Shown: positions 38,927 through 47,615 of the stretch, piece by piece | Numbering within the stretch: position 1 is the first letter of the stretch | Layout of the letters: each line of letters opens with the position of its first letter | NCBI GenBank assembly: GCA_031401035.1 | Contig: JANNRA010000127.1 | Span: forward strand, 4,001-68,000 | Origin: a bacterium | Lineage (GTDB): Bacteria > Desulfobacterota > Binatia > HRBIN30 > CADEER01 | Reading direction: 5' to 3' | DNA: 64,000 nt | Program-made: the position numbers and the translations under genes | Notes under the pieces: generated by a model | What the model was told of the DNA's origin: nothing | Seen by the model: the letters and a program-made list of their open reading frames with translations, nothing else | The model's database searches: none

Positions 38927-41245
38927 CTACTGACAACTCGGCGGCGGCAGGGTGTGGAACTCGACGCTGGTACCGCCGCCGCCACTCGAGCCGCGCGTGA
39001 TGCCGAGCGTGCCGGCGTGGCCGGGCGCGAAGTGCGGGTTGGAGCCGAGCGCGTCGGCGCTCATCGTGAACGGCTCCAGCACCAGGCCGCTCTGCGCGTC
39101 GCTGCCGAGCAGCTCATAGACGGCGATGACGCCGTTGGTCGCCGTGCGGCTGGTGTACTGCGCCACCCAGTCGGCTCCCATCGGGTGGACCTGCGTCGTC
39201 CAGCGGTGGTTGGTCTTCTCGGCCACCGTGTCGATGACCCGGTCGGCGATGTCGATCGAGTTGCTCGCCGTGCGCGCGAAGGTCGCGAAGTGAATCTGCC
39301 AGGGCGCGCTGTGCGAGCGGGCCGAGTTCTCGGTCCACAGGGCGGCGAAGTGGCCGCCGTTCCAGGCGATGTCCGGGAACTCGTCCCACAGGTATTCCTT
39401 GTCGCCGGGCACTTTCTTGTGGCCGCTGATGACGCCCGTCAGCGGCCAGTACCTGGTCATCGTGCCGCCATCGGCGATTTTGATGTCCTTGACGCTGAGG
39501 ATGGCGAAGCCGGCGCCGTCGAAGGCCGCCGCCGGGTAGAACTGGTGCGTCAGGTCGAAGTCGACCAGGTTGACCACCGCGCTGGTGGCGGCGCCGTTGG
39601 CGTCGAGCTTGAAGGCGTAGGCGCATGAGTGGCCGGCGCACTCGCCCTCGACGACGCCGAGGAAGCCGCCCGGGAAGGCGTCGATGTCCCCGTCCGACTC
39701 CTGGTCGTACACCGGGCTGACGAACAGCGTCGGACCGACCGGGTGGCGATGGCTGAGGGCGCCCAGCGTGGTCATCGACTGGTAATACAGCGTCGCGTTC
39801 TCGGCCGTCAGCAGACCGAAGTGATCGCCGTTCCAGGCGACCATGTAGTAATGGGCGCGGAAGGCGATCTTGGGAATCTGGATCACCATCGTCGGGGCGA
39901 CGGTGATCTGCCCGGCGAGATCGACGTGCGCGTAGTACAGGCGCGCAAAGTTAGTCGCGCCGGGATCCTGGCGCAGCCAGAAGATTCCCCAGCCGCTGTC
40001 GGTGGGGATGGTGCGCGTCAGCCACACCTCGCCGCCCGACTGCTGACTGATGGTGAGCGGCGCCGAGACGTTCCAGGCGAGCCCGCTGACACAGGTCTGC
40101 GTCGGCGTCGGCGACGGCGTCGCGGTCGGCGTCGCGGTCTGCGTGCGCGTGCCCGTGCGCGTCGGGGTGTTGGTCGTCGTCGCGCTCGGCACCAGCGTCG
40201 CGGTGGCGGTGCGCGGCGGCGTGCTGGTGCGGGTCGCCGTGCGCGTGTTGGTCGGCGTGCGCGTGTCGGTGATCGATGGCGTCTGGGTCTGGGTGTTGGT
40301 GCCGGTGGCGCTCGGCGTCGGCGTCTTGGTGCGCGTCGGCGAGAGGGTCGCGGTCGGCGGCACGGTCGCGCTCGGCGGGATGGCGGCGGTGAAGGTCCGC
40401 GTCGCCGCGCTGGTGGTCGTTCGCGTACCGCTGGCGGTCGCGGTCGGCGGCGGCGTCGCGCTGGCACTGGCGGTCGCGGTCCATGTCGCGGTGGGCGGCG
40501 GCGCGGTCCATGTCGCGGTGGCGGTCGACGTTGCGGTGTCGAGCGGCGTTGCGGTGTCGAGCGCCGCGGCCGTGTCGACCGGCGTCGCCGTGGCGGTCGG
40601 CGTCGTGCCCGGCGCCTGCCAGTTACCAGTGCAGTCGCCGAAGAGGATGGCGAGGAAATCCTGCCCGGCGACCGGTGGCGACAACGGCGTGAACGCGATC
40701 GCGCCGGGCACGCAGACCGGCGCCATCTGCGGCGTCACCAGGCTCTGGTTGAGGGCGCTGGCGGGACCGGGGACGAAGGCGAAGTCCGAGCCGCAGGTCT
40801 CGGCGACCGGCAGGCGATCGCGCATGCCGGCGACCAGTTGCAGCATACGCGCCGCGTCGAGGGCGCTGATGCTGCCGTCGCCGGTCACATCGCACGCCAG
40901 GCGCTGCTGGGCGGTGAAGGTGCGGCTGCCGACCACTGCCTGCAACGTCCAGGTGGCGTCGAGCGCGCTGACGCCGGCGCCGCGGTCGCCGAGCTTGCTT
41001 GGCGTCAGCTGCCAGTCGCCCGGCCCCGGATCGGCGAAGGCGAAGGCGCCGCCGAGGTCGCTGTAACTGGCCGTGCTGCCGACGCCGTCGAGCGCGACCA
41101 CCACCGCGGGCACCGCCGCGCCGCCGCTGTAGTAACGCACCTGACCGCTGACTTCGCCCTGCGCCTGCGCGTGCTCAGGCAGGGCGATCAGCGCCAACAG
41201 CGCCAGTCCCACCCGTCCGCAGCAGCTTGCCAACAACGCCTCCAT
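38927..41245 (-). CDS. Large secreted protein: N-terminal beta-sandwich, dockerin-like Ca-binding repeat, 170-aa Thr/Pro linker, 380-aa unknown C-terminal domain
   Basis: It has a signal peptide. The dockerin-like motif is ACDVTGDGSISALDAARMLQLVAG. The T/P/A/R low-complexity linker spans aa 212-384. The C-terminal domain has repeated W/Y-containing beta segments and I recognise no family for it. Confidence 0.65.
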   Translation of the reverse strand: MEALLASCCGRVGLALLALIALPEHAQAQGEVSGQVRYYSGGAAVPAVVVALDGVGSTASYSDLGGAFAFADPGPGDWQLTPSKLGDRGAGVSALDATWTLQAVVGSRTFTAQQRLACDVTGDGSISALDAARMLQLVAGMRDRLPVAETCGSDFAFVPGPASALNQSLVTPQMAPVCVPGAIAFTPLSPPVAGQDFLAILFGDCTGNWQAPGTTPTATATPVDTAAALDTATPLDTATSTATATWTAPPPTATWTATASASATPPPTATASGTRTTTSAATRTFTAAIPPSATVPPTATLSPTRTKTPTPSATGTNTQTQTPSITDTRTPTNTRTATRTSTPPRTATATLVPSATTTNTPTRTGTRTQTATPTATPSPTPTQTCVSGLAWNVSAPLTISQQSGGEVWLTRTIPTDSGWGIFWLRQDPGATNFARLYYAHVDLAGQITVAPTMVIQIPKIAFRAHYYMVAWNGDHFGLLTAENATLYYQSMTTLGALSHRHPVGPTLFVSPVYDQESDGDIDAFPGGFLGVVEGECAGHSCAYAFKLDANGAATSAVVNLVDFDLTHQFYPAAAFDGAGFAILSVKDIKIADGGTMTRYWPLTGVISGHKKVPGDKEYLWDEFPDIAWNGGHFAALWTENSARSHSAPWQIHFATFARTASNSIDIADRVIDTVAEKTNHRWTTQVHPMGADWVAQYTSRTATNGVIAVYELLGSDAQSGLVLEPFTMSADALGSNPHFAPGHAGTLGITRGSSGGGGTSVEFHTLPPPSCQ

Positions 41246-41368
41246 ACTCCCTCGTAACGGAGGCAACGCCAGCAACCCCGGTGCCACCACCTCCCCCTCG
41301 CCGGCGACCGGATATAGCACGTCACGCGGCAAAGCGTGCGGCCATATTGTGACGCTTACGGGCGGCGA

Positions 41369-41626
41369 TCAGCGGCGCGAGCGAGCAGCGCGGCAGGCGG
41401 CATGGTAGACGGCGACGAAATCGGCCTGGCGCAACCAGGTCTGCACGGCGCTCGCGTCGAGTCCGCACTCGCGCGCCGCGGCGCCCACCGTCTCCTGCCG
41501 TAACAGCGCCCGAATGGCGGCGGACTGCTCGCGCGACAACCCGCCGTCGACGGCGGGGAACCTGAGGGGCTCACGCCCCCGCTCAGCCCGCTTCAGGGCC
41601 TCCCAGATCTTGCTCACGCAATACAC
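41369..41626 (-). CDS. Hypothetical small HTH-like protein
   Basis: 85 aa with an HTH-like segment (TVGAAARECGLDASAVQTWLRQ). The coding status is uncertain. Confidence 0.3.
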   Translation of the reverse strand: MYCVSKIWEALKRAERGREPLRFPAVDGGLSREQSAAIRALLRQETVGAAARECGLDASAVQTWLRQADFVAVYHAACRAARSRR

Positions 41627-41876
41627 CGCAACGACCGGGCCGCATTGCGGCGACCGGTCACCTCCGCTTGGTACATGACGCAGCGCGGCAAACCTACCTG
41701 GGGAAAACCCCTAGAGCACGTGGCAGGTTCGCGCGCCTGACGCGCCGCGACCGGGCCGGCTCGACGGCGAGCTCGGCGACCCCACCGCGACGTGGCGGGC
41801 ATCGACGGCGAATCTGCGGCGGTCGGCGGGGCTGCCCGCGAGGCGCGCGGCGCGGCGCCAGGAGAGACGGGGGCGG

Positions 41877-43658
41877 TCAGCCCGCCGCGAGGCGCGCCTG
41901 CACGGTGGCGTCGAGCGGCACGTACGTACGCTGGGCATCGTCGCGGAACCACAGCGGGTCGGAGACGACCGTCGGGTCCCAGCCCTCCTGCTGCAGGCGG
42001 GTCTTGGTGTGCTTCAGTGTCCCGGTGACGTCCATCGCCGCACCGAGCCGCACGAACAGCGGGCGCGCGTAGGATGGCAGCGCGCGTTCCGCGAAGGCGT
42101 AGTACACGGCGGGGTCGAACGCCGCGCCCGGCGCGAGGACGACCAACGCCATACCGGCGCGGCCGTCAGCGTGCGGCACCTGGACGCCGTAGACCGCCGT
42201 CTCGCTGACGCCGGGAGCGCCGTTGAGCAGTTCCGCCACCTCGGCGGTGGCAACGTTCTCGCCCTTCCAGCGGAAGGTGTCGCCGATGCGATCGACGAAG
42301 TAGTAGTACGCAGCGCGGTCGCGGCGCAGCAGGTCGCCGGTACGCAGGTAACAGTCGCCGGCTGCGAAGCAGTTTCGCAGCAGTTTTGCCTCATTGTCGG
42401 CTTTGTTCACGTAGCCGTCGAAGCTCATCGTCGTGTTCTGCGCCACCAGGCCGAGCAGCTCGCCGACCTCGCCCGGCTTGCACTCGACCAGGAAGCCGTC
42501 GGCGCCGCGGCGCGGCTGCTGGGCCGTGACGTCGAACTGCACCAGCTTGAGCTGCGCGTGCGTGAACGGCGCCGCGCGCCCGACCGAGCCGACTCGGCCG
42601 CGGCGGTTCATCAGGCTCAGGTTGGCCTCGGTCTGCCCGTAGGTCTCGATCACCCGGTCGATGCCGAAGCGCCCGACGAAGGCGCCCCAGATGTCTGGCC
42701 GCAGCCCCGGCCCGGTGGCGACGCGCAGCCGGTGGGCGCGGTCGCGCGCCGTCGGCGGCGTGCGCAGCAGGTAGCGGCACAGCTCGCCGACGTACATGAA
42801 GTGCGTCGCGCCGTGGCGCACGACGTCGTCGAGAAAGGCGCTGGCGGAGAAGCGGCGCCGCGACGCGAAGGTGGTACCGGCGTGGAAGGCGGGCGCGAAG
42901 CCGACGAAGTTCGAGTAGCCGTGGTAGAGCGGCGTCGGCGCGTACGAGCAGTCGCCCTCGCGCAGGTCGAGGATGATGCGCAGCGACTGTCCGCCCATGG
43001 TGAAGCGCGCGTGGCGGATGATGGTCGGCTTCGGGAAGCCGGTGGTGCCGGAGGTGTAGATGTACATCATCACGTCGGCGATCTTGACGTCGGGGATGTT
43101 CGGCTCGTGCGCCGCCGTCGCCGCGAGCGCGTCGCTGAGCGAGCGGGCGCCGCCGGCGAGCACCGCCGACGGCGCCAGGGCGTAGAGGACGCGCCCGGCC
43201 AGCGGCGCCAGTTCCGCCACCGCCTCCCAACAGGCGGCGTCGGCCAGCACCACGGCCGCGCCCGCGGCGGCGAGCACGTGCGCCAGGGCGGCCCCGCGCA
43301 AGTTGGTGTTGATCAGCGCGCCGATACTGCCGAGCTTGGCCATCGCTCCTTCCGCCATCAGGAAGTCGGGCGAGTTCTCCATCATGATCGCCACCGTCTG
43401 CCCGCGTGCGACGCCGGCCGCGGCGAGCAGGTTGGCGTAGCGGTTGACGCCGGCGTTGTAGGCACCGAAGGACACCGTCTCGGTCTCGAAACGCAGCAGG
43501 GGTCGATCCGGGATGCGCTCGGCCTGCTCGCGCATCAGGTAGCCGCAGGTGCGGAAGCCGTCGGCGCCGGCCTGCTTCAGCGCCTCGCCGATGCGCTTGT
43601 AGTGGGGAATCTCACGCAGGTCCTCGACCAGCGTGGCCAGGCGCGAGAGCAGGTCCAT
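41877..43658 (-). CDS. Long-chain/very-long-chain acyl-CoA synthetase (FATP/FadD6-like AMP-binding enzyme)
   Basis: The AMP-binding motif is YIYTSGTTGFPK; YGQTE and GDLL..D..GY..F.DR.GDTFRWKGENV motifs are also present. The start is set at the internal ATG 43658. Confidence 0.88.
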   Translation of the reverse strand: MDLLSRLATLVEDLREIPHYKRIGEALKQAGADGFRTCGYLMREQAERIPDRPLLRFETETVSFGAYNAGVNRYANLLAAAGVARGQTVAIMMENSPDFLMAEGAMAKLGSIGALINTNLRGAALAHVLAAAGAAVVLADAACWEAVAELAPLAGRVLYALAPSAVLAGGARSLSDALAATAAHEPNIPDVKIADVMMYIYTSGTTGFPKPTIIRHARFTMGGQSLRIILDLREGDCSYAPTPLYHGYSNFVGFAPAFHAGTTFASRRRFSASAFLDDVVRHGATHFMYVGELCRYLLRTPPTARDRAHRLRVATGPGLRPDIWGAFVGRFGIDRVIETYGQTEANLSLMNRRGRVGSVGRAAPFTHAQLKLVQFDVTAQQPRRGADGFLVECKPGEVGELLGLVAQNTTMSFDGYVNKADNEAKLLRNCFAAGDCYLRTGDLLRRDRAAYYYFVDRIGDTFRWKGENVATAEVAELLNGAPGVSETAVYGVQVPHADGRAGMALVVLAPGAAFDPAVYYAFAERALPSYARPLFVRLGAAMDVTGTLKHTKTRLQQEGWDPTVVSDPLWFRDDAQRTYVPLDATVQARLAAG

Positions 43659-43666
43659 GCCTCGGC

Positions 43667-44608
43667 TCAGCGGCGGGAGAAGGCGAAGCGCAGCGTGCCG
43701 GTGGCCTCGCGCACGGCGGCTACCGCCTGGTCCATGATCGCGCCCATCCCGAAGAAGCCGTGGATCATGCCGTCGTAGCGGCGCAGCTTCGCCGCCACGC
43801 CGGCCGCCTCGAGGGCGTGCGCGTAGGCCTCGCCCTCGTCGCGCAGCGGATCGAACTCGGCGGTGATGACCAGCGCCGGCGGCAGGCCGGCGAGGCTCGC
43901 GGCACGCAACGGCGAGGCGTAGGGCTCGGCGCCACGGGCGGGATCGTCGCCGAGGTAGTGGTCCCAGAACCAGCGCATATCGTCGGTGGTGAGCAGATAG
44001 CCGCTGGCGTTGTCGCGGTAGGAGGCCGAGCGGAAGTCGTGGTCGGTGGCCGGGTAGACGAGCAGTTGCAGCACCAGCCCCGGCCCGCCGCGATCGCGCG
44101 CCATCTGCGCCACCACCGCCGCCAGGTTGCCGCCGGCGCTGTCGCCGCCGACGGCGATGCGCCGGGCGTCGACGCCCAGCTCGGCGGCGTACTCGGCGCA
44201 CCAGCGCGTCGCCGCGTAGCAGTCCTCGGCGGCGGCCGGATAGCGGTACTCAGGCGCCAGGCGGTAGTCGACCGACACCACCACGCAGCCGGCGCCGGCA
44301 GCGAGCTCGCGGCAGGTGCCGTCGTGCGTCTCCAGGCTTCCGATCACCCAGCCGCCGCCGTGGAAGTACACCAACAGCGGCAGCGGCGCCGTGCCGGCCG
44401 GCGTGTAGACGCGCACCGGCATCTCGCCACCCGGCCCCGGCAGGCGGCGGTCGGCGACCGACGCCAGCACTGGCGGCGACGCGGTGCGCATCGACGCCAT
44501 CGCCTCCATCATCTGGCGCGCGTCCGCCACCGGCATCGCCGACAGCGCCGGTCCGCCGAGCGCTTCAATCTGGTCGAGAAAGGCCTTCGCCTGGGGATCG
44601 ATGGGCAT
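43667..44608 (-). CDS. Alpha/beta hydrolase, hormone-sensitive-lipase-like (family IV) esterase
   Basis: HGGGW oxyanion motif, GDSAGGNL nucleophile elbow, and a C-terminal DPLRDEG...HGF. The start is set at ATG 44608. Confidence 0.88.
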   Translation of the reverse strand: MPIDPQAKAFLDQIEALGGPALSAMPVADARQMMEAMASMRTASPPVLASVADRRLPGPGGEMPVRVYTPAGTAPLPLLVYFHGGGWVIGSLETHDGTCRELAAGAGCVVVSVDYRLAPEYRYPAAAEDCYAATRWCAEYAAELGVDARRIAVGGDSAGGNLAAVVAQMARDRGGPGLVLQLLVYPATDHDFRSASYRDNASGYLLTTDDMRWFWDHYLGDDPARGAEPYASPLRAASLAGLPPALVITAEFDPLRDEGEAYAHALEAAGVAAKLRRYDGMIHGFFGMGAIMDQAVAAVREATGTLRFAFSRR

Positions 44609-44675
44609 GGGCAATACCTCCGCAGCAGGGGGATCCTCGTGGCCGGTATCGGCGAGATGGGTAGTAGGGGGTGAT

Positions 44676-44776
44676 CCCCTCACCCTGACCCTCTCCCTGC
44701 GGGAGAGGGGACCTTGCCCAGCAGCGCGTTGCTTGCAGGGTCCCCTCTCCCGCAGGGAGAGGGTCAGGGTGAGGGG
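44676..44776. repeat. Perfect 38-bp inverted repeat with a 25-nt spacer and nested sub-palindromes (REP/MITE-like)
   Basis: The left arm cccctcaccctgaccctctccctgcgggagaggggacc (44676-44713) is the exact reverse complement of 44739-44776. Each arm contains CTCTCCC-TGC-GGGAGAG. It lies between the P450 stop and the esterase start. Confidence 0.85.
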
Positions 44777-44833
44777 GTGTCGACTGCCGATTCAACCGGT
44801 GCATGCCACTAGTACGGGATCTCCGATCGGATT

Positions 44834-44891
44834 TCACACGGAGGCACGGGGGCGGGCCCGTCCCTCTCCGTCGCTCCGCGCCTCCGTGTGA
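44834..44891 (-). other. 12-bp stem hairpin immediately downstream of the P450 stop
   Basis: tcacacggaggc (44834-44845) pairs with gcctccgtgtga (44880-44891). The 34-nt loop contains its own acggg/cccgt stem. There is no U-tract, so its terminator status is unclear. Confidence 0.4.
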
Positions 44892-44896
44892 GAGCG

Positions 44897-46099
44897 TCAG
44901 TGCCGTGCGTCGAAGCGCACCGACAGGCGATTCGGCGAGCGGAAGGCGAGACCGACGATGTGGCAGTCGGGCTCGCGCTCCAGGCGCAGATTGGGCAGGC
45001 GATCGAGCAGGAGATTGAGCGCGGTGCGCGTCTCGAGCAGCGCCAGGTGCGAGCCGGCGCAGAAGTGAGCGCCGAAGCCGAAGGCGAGATGGTCGTCGTT
45101 CTTGCGGTGCAGCATGAAGCGGTCGGGATCCTGGTAGTGGCGCTCGTCGCGGTTGGCCGAGCCGACAATCACCGACAGCAGGCCGCCGGCGGGGACCGCA
45201 TCGCCGCCGATGACCACGTCCTCGGTCGGCTCGCGCGAGACGAACTGCACCGGCGACTCCCAGCGCAGCGTCTCCTGGATGAGCGCGTCGATGGCACCAC
45301 GATCGGCGCGCACCTCCTCGTACACTTCGGGATGGGTCAGCAGCGCGAACAGGCAGCTGCCGGTCAGCCGATAGGTCGTCTCGGCGCCGGCCGGCAACAG
45401 CAGGCGCAGGAAGCCGAGCACTTCCTCGTCGGTCAGGCCGACGCCGTCGACCTCGGCGTGCATCAGCTTGCTGAGCAGGTCGTCTGTCGGCTCGGCCTTA
45501 CGCTGCGCCATCAGCGGCGAGAGGTAGGTGACCAGGTCCTGCGCCGCCTGGAAGCCCTTGCCGGGGTCGTCGCCGACGCTGATCAGATCGAGCGCCATCT
45601 GGTGGAAGGCGCGGTAGTCCTGCACCGGGATGCCGATGATGTGCGCCATCACCTGCATCGGAAACGTGAAGGTCACCTGCCGTACCAGGTCCGCCCGGCC
45701 GGTGGCCGCGAAGTCGTCGATGAGGCCGTTGAGGATGTCGCCGATCGTCGCCGGCATCTCCGCCTTCATCGCGCGCGGGCTGAAGAACGGCGCGATGATG
45801 TTGCGGAAGCGGACGTGCTCCTTGCCCTCCATCTCGAGGATGGTGCGCCCCATGACGAGGCCGATGCCGCGTTGGTTGGCCTTCGAGGAGTACCGCTTGC
45901 CATCCTTCAGCACCGCCTCGACGTCGGCATAGCGGGTGATCATGTAGTTGACGCCCATCATCGTATTCACCGGCAGCGCCGGGTGCTCGTCGCGCAGGCG
46001 CTTGTAGACCGGGTACGGATCGATGATGGGGCTCATCATCGTGCCACCGAAGAGCGAATTGGTCGTCGCCATGCGGGCCTCGGGAGGCGCAGTGGTCAT
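44897..46099 (-). CDS. Cytochrome P450
   Basis: Heme-binding loop FGFGAHFCAGSHLA, EXXR (ETLRW) and an AGAETT I-helix motif. 400 aa. The ATG overlaps the TetR stop (ATGA). Confidence 0.92.
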   Translation of the reverse strand: MTTAPPEARMATTNSLFGGTMMSPIIDPYPVYKRLRDEHPALPVNTMMGVNYMITRYADVEAVLKDGKRYSSKANQRGIGLVMGRTILEMEGKEHVRFRNIIAPFFSPRAMKAEMPATIGDILNGLIDDFAATGRADLVRQVTFTFPMQVMAHIIGIPVQDYRAFHQMALDLISVGDDPGKGFQAAQDLVTYLSPLMAQRKAEPTDDLLSKLMHAEVDGVGLTDEEVLGFLRLLLPAGAETTYRLTGSCLFALLTHPEVYEEVRADRGAIDALIQETLRWESPVQFVSREPTEDVVIGGDAVPAGGLLSVIVGSANRDERHYQDPDRFMLHRKNDDHLAFGFGAHFCAGSHLALLETRTALNLLLDRLPNLRLEREPDCHIVGLAFRSPNRLSVRFDARH

Positions 46100-46704
46100 C
46101 GTCGGTCCTTTCCATTCGGGCCGCGCTGCGGCCGCCGCGGCGGCGCGGTGAGCAGGCCGTAGACGGCGGTGAGGCTGGTCGCCATGCGCTCGGGGTCGGG
46201 ATCGGGGAACAGCACGGCCGAGATCATCAGCCGCGTCATCCAGTCGACCATCTGGTCGGTGCTCGCCAGCCCCTGGCGCACCGGATGAGTCTCCGCCAGC
46301 AGCGGCGCCAGGAAGGCGCCGACGGTGGCGCGCAGGACGGGGAACTGGCCGCGCAGGTAGTCGAGGACGAAGGCCGGCTCGGTCTCGATGATGCGCTGGA
46401 TGGCCGGATGCTCGCGCACGTAGCCGGTGACCTGCTGTAGGGCCGCCTCGAGCCGGCCGGCACCGGCCGGCGCGGCAGCCAACGCCGCGCTGGCGCGCTG
46501 CTGGAAACGCAGCGTCTCGAAGGCGGCGAGGTCGTTCAGCAACTCCTCGCGGTTGGGGAAGTAGCGATACAGGGTCCCGCGCGAGACGCCGGCGCTGGTA
46601 CTGACATCGCTCATGCCGAGCTTGGCCAGCCCGTGCCGCGCGATCGCCTGCATGGCGCCGTCGAGAATGCGCTCGCGCGTGCGCGTGTTCAGGTCGGCGG
46701 CCAT
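46096..46704 (-). CDS. TetR/AcrR family transcriptional regulator
   Basis: TRERILDGAMQAIARHGLAKLGMSDVSTSAGVSRGTLYRYFPNREELL is a canonical TetR HTH. The start is set at the internal ATG 46704. Confidence 0.9.
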   Translation of the reverse strand: MAADLNTRTRERILDGAMQAIARHGLAKLGMSDVSTSAGVSRGTLYRYFPNREELLNDLAAFETLRFQQRASAALAAAPAGAGRLEAALQQVTGYVREHPAIQRIIETEPAFVLDYLRGQFPVLRATVGAFLAPLLAETHPVRQGLASTDQMVDWMTRLMISAVLFPDPDPERMATSLTAVYGLLTAPPRRPQRGPNGKDRR

Positions 46705-46763
46705 TGACCGGCAGATAGAACAGACGGGGCAGGAGTTGTCTAGTTCGTTCTGGCGACTGGACC

Positions 46764-47615
46764 TCAGCGAACGACCGCGCGGCGCCAGGCCCACGCCGCG
46801 GCGACCGCCGCCGCCTGCACCACCACCGCCATCTGCCCCGGCGGGTCGTCGTAGTGGTTGGCGAGGATGAAGCCGACGACGGCGCAGACGAGGGCGATCG
46901 CCGGCGCGGCCCAGAACAGGCTGCGGCTCTCGCGGCACAGCGACGCCGCGGCGATGGCCGGCAGGACCAGATTGCCAAAGGCATAGAGCAGGCCGGTGGC
47001 GCGCATGGCGAGCCCCATGACGAGGCCGAGCCAGACGGCCAGGGCAGCGCCCCACCACGCCGGGCGCATGCCCACCGCCGCGGCCATGGCGGGGTCGAAG
47101 GCGAGCAGCAGCAGGCGGTCGCGCGTCGCCGCGACCACGACCAGGCTGACGGCGGCGAGCGCGGCAAAGGTCCACACGTCGGCGGGCGTCGCGCCGATGA
47201 TGCTCGACGAGAGCAGATGGTGGATCTCCTCGAGGCCGTGCGGGCTGTGTGCCAGCACGATGATCGCCAGACTCGACGAGGCGAGGAAGACCCAGCCAGT
47301 GGCCGCTTCGCGAGTGCCGCCGGCGCCGCCGTCGCGGGCGGTGAACAGGGCGGCGGCGATGGCGAAGAGGACGCCCACCAGCGACAGCGCGCCGTGCGCG
47401 TGGTCGCCGCGTAGCACTTCGCTGCCCAGCACCGCGCCGGCCCACATGCCGACCGCAATGCCGAGCGTCGAGGCCTGCGCCACCGCCGCGCCGATGAAGA
47501 TCTGGTTGCGCGCCACCACCAGCACGCCGACCAGCGCCAGCAGCACGGCGATCAACCAGCCGGCCAGGTAGGCGTGGTGGAACAGGGGCCACGAGGCGGC
47601 GAACTCGCCGATCAC
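46764..47615 (-). CDS. Metal ABC transporter permease (ABC-3 family, ZnuB/MntB-like)
   Basis: 283 aa with about 8-9 TM segments and an ABC-3-like pattern. There is a 4-nt overlap with the upstream ATPase gene. Confidence 0.82.
   Translation of the reverse strand: MIGEFAASWPLFHHAYLAGWLIAVLLALVGVLVVARNQIFIGAAVAQASTLGIAVGMWAGAVLGSEVLRGDHAHGALSLVGVLFAIAAALFTARDGGAGGTREAATGWVFLASSSLAIIVLAHSPHGLEEIHHLLSSSIIGATPADVWTFAALAAVSLVVVAATRDRLLLLAFDPAMAAAVGMRPAWWGAALAVWLGLVMGLAMRATGLLYAFGNLVLPAIAAASLCRESRSLFWAAPAIALVCAVVGFILANHYDDPPGQMAVVVQAAAVAAAWAWRRAVVR

Noticed and set aside
40094-40612. Repetitive DNA considered as a CRISPR array or satellite
   Set aside because: The repeats are short, irregular, in frame, and encode a Thr/Pro linker inside a continuous ORF. 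There is no repeat-spacer periodicity and no cas genes.
44897-47458. 853-aa run-through ORF, together with the 539-aa ORF at 46096-47715
   Set aside because: Each merges a genuine C-terminal gene (P450 and TetR respectively) with upstream shadow sequence that overlaps the ABC-3 permease gene in another frame. Internal ATG starts with gene-overlap coupling (ATGA) give proteins of canonical length.
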